Assembly: GCA_965649115.1 (NCBI GenBank)
Contig: CBFGJN010000056.1
Span: 1 to 12,335, forward strand
DNA length: 12,335 nucleotides
Direction of reading: 5' to 3'
Origin: a candidate division WOR-3 bacterium
GTDB taxonomy: Bacteria; Hydrothermota; Hydrothermia; LBFQ01; DSFT01
The notes under the pieces are model-generated. The model saw nothing but the letters and a program-made list of their open reading frames with translations. It searched no databases and was not told the origin of the DNA. A program made the translations under genes and the position numbers. Positions 6,892 through 12,335 of this stretch are shown in pieces. Positions within the stretch are counted from its first letter, which is position 1. Every line of letters begins with the position of its first letter.

Positions 6892-7967
6892 TTAAGTCTG
6901 TTCTCAAAAATCTCATCAGCTACAATAGCAGGGCTTTTATTAGTTCTTCTTACAATTTCAAAAATTTCATTTAAATTCTTTATAACATTTTCCTTTGTTT
7001 TTTCAATTGCAATTTTTCTTGCAGTTTCTTGACTAGTTTGCTTTCCTATTCTTAATTCGTACTCATAATACACAAGTGTTAGACCTCCGAGATTTATAGC
7101 ATAATCAGGTGCATATACTATTCCTCTATCTTGTAATTTTTGAGCAACATCGTAATTTTCAATTTGATTATTAGCAGCACCTACAATAGCTTTATGTTTA
7201 ATTTTTTCAACATTTTTACTATTTATTACTTTACCAAGTGCATTTGGAGAGAAAATATCAAATTCCTTATCAAAAACCTCATCAGGTGGAATATATTTCA
7301 AATTTTTATATTTGTTTAGAGCATTTTCAATAGCCTTTGGACTAACATCAGAAATATAAATTTGATAACCTTCATTATATAAATGCTCTAAAAGATAACT
7401 TCCAACTTTTCCTATGCCTTGAAGTAAAATTGTAGTTTTTGAAGGCTCTTTATTTAAAATTTTTTCAGTAATGTAATTTATGGCTGTAAAAACACCAATA
7501 GCTGTTACTGGTGAAGGATCTCCAAGTCCTCCCATAGATTCAGGTAATCCTACAACATGTTTTGTCCTTTCACTTACAATTTTCATATCTTCAACACGAG
7601 TTCCAACATCTTCTGCTGTTATATAATTTCCCTTCAATTGCTCAACAAAATCTCCAAAACTTTCAAAGAGACTTCTTCTTACATCAGGTAGTAATTCATA
7701 GAATTCTGATATGATTACAGCTTTACCTCCACCAAGTGGTAAATTTCCAGCAACTGCCTTGTAAGTCATACCTCTTGAAAGTCTTAAAACATCTTCAAGA
7801 GCTAATGCGGACTTTGCCCTATGATTCTCATAATGATAAAATCTACATCCTCCAAGTGCTGGACCTCTTTTTGTACTATGAATTGCTATAATAGCTACAA
7901 ACCCTCCATATATCTCTTTAACATAAACTTTTTCCCATCCAAAAATATCAAGTTCTCTTATTTCCAT
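6888..7967 (-). CDS. Leu/Val/Phe-type amino acid dehydrogenase (ELFV family), probably leucine dehydrogenase
   Basis: GPALGGCR, LSRGMTYK, GGGKAVI, YITAEDVGT, GDPSPVTAIGV, Rossmann QGIGKVG, GAANNQ, YAPDY. ATG at 7967 is preferred because of the AGGAGG at 7977-7982. Confidence 0.9.
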   Translation of the reverse strand: MEIRELDIFGWEKVYVKEIYGGFVAIIAIHSTKRGPALGGCRFYHYENHRAKSALALEDVLRLSRGMTYKAVAGNLPLGGGKAVIISEFYELLPDVRRSLFESFGDFVEQLKGNYITAEDVGTRVEDMKIVSERTKHVVGLPESMGGLGDPSPVTAIGVFTAINYITEKILNKEPSKTTILLQGIGKVGSYLLEHLYNEGYQIYISDVSPKAIENALNKYKNLKYIPPDEVFDKEFDIFSPNALGKVINSKNVEKIKHKAIVGAANNQIENYDVAQKLQDRGIVYAPDYAINLGGLTLVYYEYELRIGKQTSQETARKIAIEKTKENVIKNLNEIFEIVRRTNKSPAIVADEIFENRLK

Positions 7968-8643
7968 GTATCTCAACCTCCTTTCTTAAAATTTCAAAAA
8001 GTTCAAACTCTCTAAATTTTAATCCAAAAACTTGTTCAAATCCTTTAATAATTGAATTTTCAACTAAATTTCTATTATTTATTCCAACTTCCTTATAAAT
8101 ACTTGTAATGCCCTTATCTTTTATACCACAAGGAATAATTAAATTAAAATGTTCATATATTGGATCAATATAAAGAGCAAATCCATGGAATGTTATCCAA
8201 TCCTTAACTGCTATTCCAATAGCACAAATTTTATTATTACCAACCCAAACACCCGTATAATTCTCAATTTGATTTGCATTTATATTTAATTCTTTTAAAG
8301 CAATAATAATTGCTTTTTCCAAATTTCTTACAAAATTTCTAATTTCATTAAGACCATTTATTCTAAAAAATAAATAACCAATTAGTTGTCCAGGTCCATG
8401 GTAGGTTATATCACCTCCTCTTTCAACATAATAAACACTAATTCCCATTTCTTTTAAATAGTCCTCGGGAACAATTAAATTTTCTAATTTACCTCTTCTG
8501 CCAAATGTTATTACAGGTTCATGTTCTAATAGCCATAAGGTATTTGGAATTTCATCATTTTTTCTTAAATTATGAATAATTCTTTGTATTTCAAGTGCTT
8601 TTTTATACTCAACTATTCCTGACCTAATTAGGATAGCATCCAA
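7948..8643 (-). CDS. lipB: Lipoyl(octanoyl) transferase
   Basis: LLEHEPVITFGR, ERGGDITYHGPGQL, GVWV, KICAIG, HGFAL, IIPCGI. Start uncertain: TTG at 8643 is favoured by typical LipB length and the upstream motif; the track start is 8697. Confidence 0.92.
   Translation of the reverse strand: MDAILIRSGIVEYKKALEIQRIIHNLRKNDEIPNTLWLLEHEPVITFGRRGKLENLIVPEDYLKEMGISVYYVERGGDITYHGPGQLIGYLFFRINGLNEIRNFVRNLEKAIIIALKELNINANQIENYTGVWVGNNKICAIGIAVKDWITFHGFALYIDPIYEHFNLIIPCGIKDKGITSIYKEVGINNRNLVENSIIKGFEQVFGLKFREFELFEILRKEVEIHGNKRT
7976..7982 (-). promoter_or_regulatory. Shine-Dalgarno site of the dehydrogenase gene (AGGAGGT)
   Basis: AGGAGGT lies 8 nt before the ATG at 7967, inside the 3' end of lipB. 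Confidence 0.8.
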
Positions 8644-8648
8644 TTTCC

Positions 8649-8660
8649 AAAATTTTAAAG
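8649..8660 (-). promoter_or_regulatory. Putative -10 motif CTTTAAAATTTT before lipB
   Basis: TAAAAT is 8 nt before the TTG at 8643. Confidence 0.45.
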
Positions 8661-8724
8661 GATAGCCAAGGAAAAAATAAATTTTTATTTTCCACACCTA
8701 CCTCAGGCTAAAATCAAGCTTAAA

Positions 8725-8751
8725 TTTACTTGAAAATTTATAAGTTGGTGA
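8725..8751 (+). repeat. Remnant G of the element's right part
   Basis: TTACTTGAAAATTTATAAGTTGGTGA resembles TTACTTTGAAAATTCATAAGTTATTGA in copy H (8892-8918). Confidence 0.5.
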
Positions 8752-8953
8752 TGCTTTGTCTAATAATTCTAAAACTGTAATTATTTCTTATTTTCCCACC
8801 CACCCTATACTCAAGGCTACGCCTTTAAAATCCCCATTTTTCGGTAGGGGGGCTTCGCCCCCTTTTCAATAACCCCCTATAAAATAAACAATTACTTTGA
8901 AAATTCATAAGTTATTGATAAACAATTATTTAAATTATTTGTTAGACAAAGCA
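8752..8953 (+). mobile_element. MITE-like repeat, copy H, full length (202 bp), flanks do not match
   Basis: TGCTTTGTCTAA ... TTAGACAAAGCA is a perfect 12-bp inverted repeat. Full internal motif set present. Confidence 0.88.
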
Positions 8954-8962
8954 ATTTTTTCC

Positions 8963-9090
8963 TGTTTTGTCCAAATAATTCTAAAAATATATAATATAAT
9001 TCTTCTTTATTCCCACCCACCCTGTATTTAAGCCTTCGGCTTATAACTTTGCCCCCTATTAAGACCCCCCTATAAAATAAACGATTTCTT
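8963..9090 (+). repeat. Copy I: left end and core
   Basis: TGTTTTGTCCAAATAATTCTAAAAATAT, CCCACCCACCCT, TAAGCCTTCGGCTTA, CCCCCTATAAAATAAAC. Right boundary approximate. Confidence 0.78.
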
Positions 9091-9094
9091 TTAT

Positions 9095-9215
9095 TTAAAT
9101 TACTTATATATTTCTCAACTCACCCTATTTTTAAGCTTACAGCTTTTAAAAACCCCAATTTTTGCTATTGGGAACTTCGCCTCCCTATAATCCCTCATAA
9201 GAACTACGATTTAGC
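9095..9215 (+). repeat. Copy J: degenerate core only
   Basis: CTCAACTCACCCTA, AAGCTTACAGCTT, AAAACCCCAATTTTTGCTAT, GGGAACTTCGCCTCCC. Boundaries approximate. Confidence 0.65.
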
Positions 9216-9235
9216 CGAAAAAAGGACTTATTTTT

Positions 9236-9335
9236 TGCTCTGTCTAATAATTCTAAAATTATTGTATATTCAAAGCTTCGCTTTATAAATAGCTACGCTC
9301 TCTTTCAAGAATTCCTCTAAAATAAATAATTTCCT
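9236..9335 (+). repeat. Copy K: left end and internally deleted core
   Basis: TGCTCTGTCTAATAATTCTAAAA, AAAGCTTCGCTTT, AGCTACGCT, CCTCTAAAATAAA. Right boundary approximate. Confidence 0.7.
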
Positions 9336-9360
9336 TAAAATTTTTGTAAATTATTTATTT

Positions 9361-10338
9361 TTATATTGATAAGTTTGGCTCAGCAGTTATTTCAAAGCTA
9401 CTTTTATATCCTTTCTTTAATCTATAAGCACCTGCAACTCCTATCATTCCTGCATTATCAGTACAAAATTCAGGAAGAGGGAAATAAACTTCCTTTATGT
9501 ATTCTTTAAATTTTTCTCTTAATCTACTGTTTAAAGATACACCTGCTACAACAGCAACCTTTTCAATTTTAAAATCCTCAATAGCTTTTAGTGTTGTATT
9601 TAGTAGTATATCAATAAGTGCCTCCTGATAGCTTGCACAAATATCAGATAAGTGATAGTTTATAAAGTCTTTATCTTTATCACTTAAATACAATTTTAAT
9701 GCAGTTTTAATACCACTAAATGAAAAGTTATACTTACCATATTTAATTTTTGGAATACTAAACTTTATGAAGTTTTTATCTCCTCCTTTTGCTAATTTAT
9801 CAATATATGGACCACCAGGATAAGGTAAGTTTAACATTTTTGCTCCTTTATCAAATGCTTCACCAACAGCATCATCTAATGTTTGGCCAATAAGTTTATA
9901 TTTCAAGAAATCTTCAACTATTAGTAGTTCGGTATGACCTCCTGATACAATTAAACATAAAAATGGAGGTTTTAATTGTCTATTATTTATAAAAATTGAA
10001 AATATATGACCTTCAAGATGATTTATACCAATAAATGGCTTTTTTAAAGCTTGTGCCAATGTTTTACCAAATGTTATACCAATCAAAAGTGAGCTTGCCA
10101 AACCAGGTCCATAAGTAAAAGCAATTCCTTCAATCTCATTTAAACTAACTTTATTTAAAGCTTTTTTTGTAAGTTTATCAATATATAAAATATGCTCCCT
10201 TGCAGCAATTTCTGGAACAACGCCACCAAATTCACTATGAACTAATTGCTGTCTTGTTAATTGAATAATAACATCAAAATCATCAACAATTGCAACAGAT
10301 GTCTCATCACAAGATGTTTCAAATGCTAAAACTTTCAT
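9361..10338 (-). CDS. tsaD: tRNA N6-adenosine threonylcarbamoyltransferase
   Basis: 325 aa. ETSCDET, GGVVPEIAAREH, GPGL, NHLEGH, VSGGHT, TLDDAVGEAFDK, FSFSGIKT, CTDNAGMI. Confidence 0.96.
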   Translation of the reverse strand: MKVLAFETSCDETSVAIVDDFDVIIQLTRQQLVHSEFGGVVPEIAAREHILYIDKLTKKALNKVSLNEIEGIAFTYGPGLASSLLIGITFGKTLAQALKKPFIGINHLEGHIFSIFINNRQLKPPFLCLIVSGGHTELLIVEDFLKYKLIGQTLDDAVGEAFDKGAKMLNLPYPGGPYIDKLAKGGDKNFIKFSIPKIKYGKYNFSFSGIKTALKLYLSDKDKDFINYHLSDICASYQEALIDILLNTTLKAIEDFKIEKVAVVAGVSLNSRLREKFKEYIKEVYFPLPEFCTDNAGMIGVAGAYRLKKGYKSSFEITAEPNLSI

Positions 10339-10958
10339 AATGTTTTTATACTAATAATTAAACCATCACCAATAGGAATAAATGAGCTTATGAAATCCTT
10401 ATCAGAAAAAATTAGTTTATTAAATTCTCTAATAGCTATTGTTTCTTCTGAATTGTCGTTTTTATCTAAAACTTTATTATGCCATAATGTATTATCTGAA
10501 ACAAAAACACCTCCAACCTTTAGCTTCTTCTTTACCAAACTTATTATTTTGGGATATTGTTTTTTATCAGCATCGTTAAAAATTAAATCAAACTCCATTT
10601 TTATTTCATTTAATAAATTCAATCCATCACCAATATATGTTTCAATTTTATTTTCAAGACCGACAACTCTGAAAAATTCTCTTGCTAATTCAAGATTCTG
10701 AGATTTATAATCTGTAAGATATATTTTTTCAACATATTGATTATATATTGCTATCCACATTGCAGAATAACCAAAACCTGAACCTATTTCAAAAATATAT
10801 TTTGATTTATTTGCTATTGATATTAATGATAAAAATCTTGCAGACAATCTATTTAATATAGGAAAATTCATTTTTTTACCATAGTTTTCCATTTCAAGAA
10901 TAATTGGATGAACTAATTGATAGCTTTCAAGCTCAATAAGATAGTCTAAAAGATTCAT
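10335..10958 (-). CDS. Class I SAM-dependent, cation-dependent O-methyltransferase (CCoAOMT/TrmR-like family)
   Basis: 207 aa. EIGSGFGYS (motif I), FDLIFNDADK, GGVFVSDNTLW, PIGDGL. ATGA overlap with tsaD. Confidence 0.87.
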   Translation of the reverse strand: MNLLDYLIELESYQLVHPIILEMENYGKKMNFPILNRLSARFLSLISIANKSKYIFEIGSGFGYSAMWIAIYNQYVEKIYLTDYKSQNLELAREFFRVVGLENKIETYIGDGLNLLNEIKMEFDLIFNDADKKQYPKIISLVKKKLKVGGVFVSDNTLWHNKVLDKNDNSEETIAIREFNKLIFSDKDFISSFIPIGDGLIISIKTL

Positions 10959-10962
10959 CTTG

Positions 10963-10974
10963 AAAATTTTAAAG
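10963..10974 (-). promoter_or_regulatory. Putative -10 motif CTTTAAAATTTT before the O-methyltransferase gene
   Basis: TAAAAT is 7 nt before the ATG at 10958; no SD. Confidence 0.5.
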
Positions 10975-10993
10975 TTGAAAGGGATTTATTATT

Positions 10994-11280
10994 TGGTGTG
11001 TATAGTAATTCTGAAAATATTTATTTTTCTATATTTTGCCCACCCACACTGAAAATAGGTCTTTGGCTTATAAATACCCGTTTTTCCGCTTCAAAGTACT
11101 TCAACTTTTGCTTTTGGGGCATAGCCCTTCTTAAAGCCCTCTGTAAAATATATAATTTTAGTATCTTTTTTGACAAGTTAAAGCATAAAGCTCTAAAAAA
11201 ACAACGATAAATACTTGAAAAAAATTTGATTTTTATAAGTTATTGATAATCAATAATTTAATTAAAATTTGATGGCACAT
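10994..11280 (+). repeat. Copy L: long variant with decayed ends, in the divergent spacer
   Basis: TGGTGTGTATAGTAATTCTGAAAATAT, GCCCACCCACACT, ATAGGTCTTTGGCTTATAAATACCCG, GGGCATAGCCC, TAAGTTATTGATAATCAATAATTTA. Confidence 0.8.
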
Positions 11281-11318
11281 TTTAAACATTTTTAAATTGA
11301 AAGTTTTTGTTTTTTATA

Positions 11319-11330
11319 CTTTAAAATTTT
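11319..11330 (+). promoter_or_regulatory. Putative -10 motif CTTTAAAATTTT before the lipoprotein gene
   Basis: TAAAAT is 8 nt before the ATG at 11336; no SD. Confidence 0.5.
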
Positions 11331-11335
11331 GGCAA

Positions 11336-12335
11336 ATGAAAAATTATTTTTTAATTTCACTTATGATATTAATGGGCTGTGTCAAAAGCGAATTTTCTGA
11401 AATAAATATGTGTAAAAAATATGCCTTAAATGCTCCAAAACTTGAGAATAATAGTGAGAATTTACAAAAATTTTATCTTTTTATAGATGGAACACCATCT
11501 ATGAAAGGATTTGTAGCGGTGAATTATAATAATTATAAATTTTTTTTGGAAAATTTGGAAAACATAGTTTCTATAATTTATAAACGATCGGATGTTGAAT
11601 ACTATCGTTTTGGAAAGCAGGTTTATAAAATAGACAGAAATGAATTTAGAAAGAGTTCATTAGACTCTGGTTTTTATAGTGATCCAATTACCTACATAGA
11701 TGTTGTAATTGATAGCGCCATTAAGTGGTCATTTGATAATAAACACTATTTAATTTTAACAGATTTATTTCAGCAAGAAGGAGACATAGATAAATTTATA
11801 TCAAAAATAAAGGAATTGGCAAATTTAGATATATTTATGGGTATCATTAGTATTGATGCTGATTTCAAGGGTAAGGTTTATGATGTTTCACCAAGTGCTT
11901 ATGCATTTGATTATGAGGGAAAAAGACCATTTTATTTACTTATATTTTCAAAAAATTTAAGTTTAATTGATAAAATTATAAATGAAGTTTCAAATCAATT
12001 GAAAGAAAATTTAAGTGCTATTATAGTTGGAAATTACTTATCAATGTCAAATTATACGCCAAAAATTTCAAAAAGATATGAAGGTTTTGTTAGAATTTCA
12101 GATAGTGTTTTAAAAATGAATAAGAGTGAATTAAAAATTCCTCTAAAAATGGAATTTGATATTTCAAAATACTCATTATCACCTAACTTTGCCGAAGTAA
12201 AAGTTATTGATTGCGAAAAAGGCAAAACATTATCAGATAGAAGTTATTCAATAGAAGATGACATATTAAATATAGATTTAAAAATTACAAAGAAAGACAA
12301 GCCTCATATAATAAATGTAAAAGTCCATTCTAATC
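11336..12335 (+). CDS. Predicted lipoprotein with vWA/MIDAS-like domain (3' end beyond the window)
   Basis: Read manually as open from ATG 11336 to the window end. MKNYFLISLMILMGC (lipobox, Cys15), then FYLFIDGTPSMKGF (DxSxS-like), DPIT, LILTD, KRPFYLLIF. Confidence 0.78.
   Translation, partial: MKNYFLISLMILMGCVKSEFSEINMCKKYALNAPKLENNSENLQKFYLFIDGTPSMKGFVAVNYNNYKFFLENLENIVSIIYKRSDVEYYRFGKQVYKIDRNEFRKSSLDSGFYSDPITYIDVVIDSAIKWSFDNKHYLILTDLFQQEGDIDKFISKIKELANLDIFMGIISIDADFKGKVYDVSPSAYAFDYEGKRPFYLLIFSKNLSLIDKIINEVSNQLKENLSAIIVGNYLSMSNYTPKISKRYEGFVRISDSVLKMNKSELKIPLKMEFDISKYSLSPNFAEVKVIDCEKGKTLSDRSYSIEDDILNIDLKITKKDKPHIINVKVHSN

Noticed and set aside
7821..8015. 64-aa + strand ORF
   Set aside because: Antisense to the dehydrogenase/lipB junction, with no supporting signals.
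8644..8697. N-terminal extension of LipB from the track start at 8697
   Set aside because: The extra residues do not resemble LipB and cover the putative -10 motif. The TTG at 8643 is more plausible but unproven.
8725..9335. Repeat cluster as a CRISPR array or integron attC array
   Set aside because: Units are 100-200 bp, diverged and irregular, with no constant repeat and unique spacers, no GTTRRRY core pairs flanking cassette ORFs, and no cas or integrase gene.
10390..10701. 103-aa + strand ORF
   Set aside because: Antisense shadow of the O-methyltransferase gene.
10998..11210. 70-aa ORF inside repeat copy L as a possible transposase or peptide
   Set aside because: The GTG start comes from a variant terminal repeat, the frame is not kept in other copies, and there are no transposase motifs.
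1..12335. tRNA, rRNA or known riboswitch in the spacers
   Set aside because: No cloverleaf or recognisable aptamer was found by eye; the spacers are explained by the repeat family.

Overview
AT-rich bacterial chromosomal window with 11 CDS: nadC (+); a minus-strand unit pepA-rpsE-hutH; a minus-strand unit lipB - Leu/Val/Phe-type amino acid dehydrogenase - phosphofructokinase - HEAT-repeat protein; a minus-strand unit O-methyltransferase-tsaD; and a vWA-like lipoprotein (+) that runs off the end and is missing from the ORF track. Almost all intergenic DNA (~1.7 kb in five spacers) consists of about 12 intact, truncated or nested copies of one non-coding repeat family. It looks like a MITE: ends TGCTTTGTC...GACAAAGCA, 8-9 bp target duplications, and tandem and nested insertions. 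All copies whose orientation can be read point the same way. Each carries a conserved internal layout: a CCC-tract (G4-like) motif, covarying triloop hairpins and a dyad of IHF-like sites. No transposase is in the window. Other oddities: rpsE outside the spc operon, a PPi-PFK-lineage enzyme with the ATP-type GGDG motif, a divergent HAL active site, and a shared -10-like motif just upstream of every unit-first gene (possible leaderless transcription).
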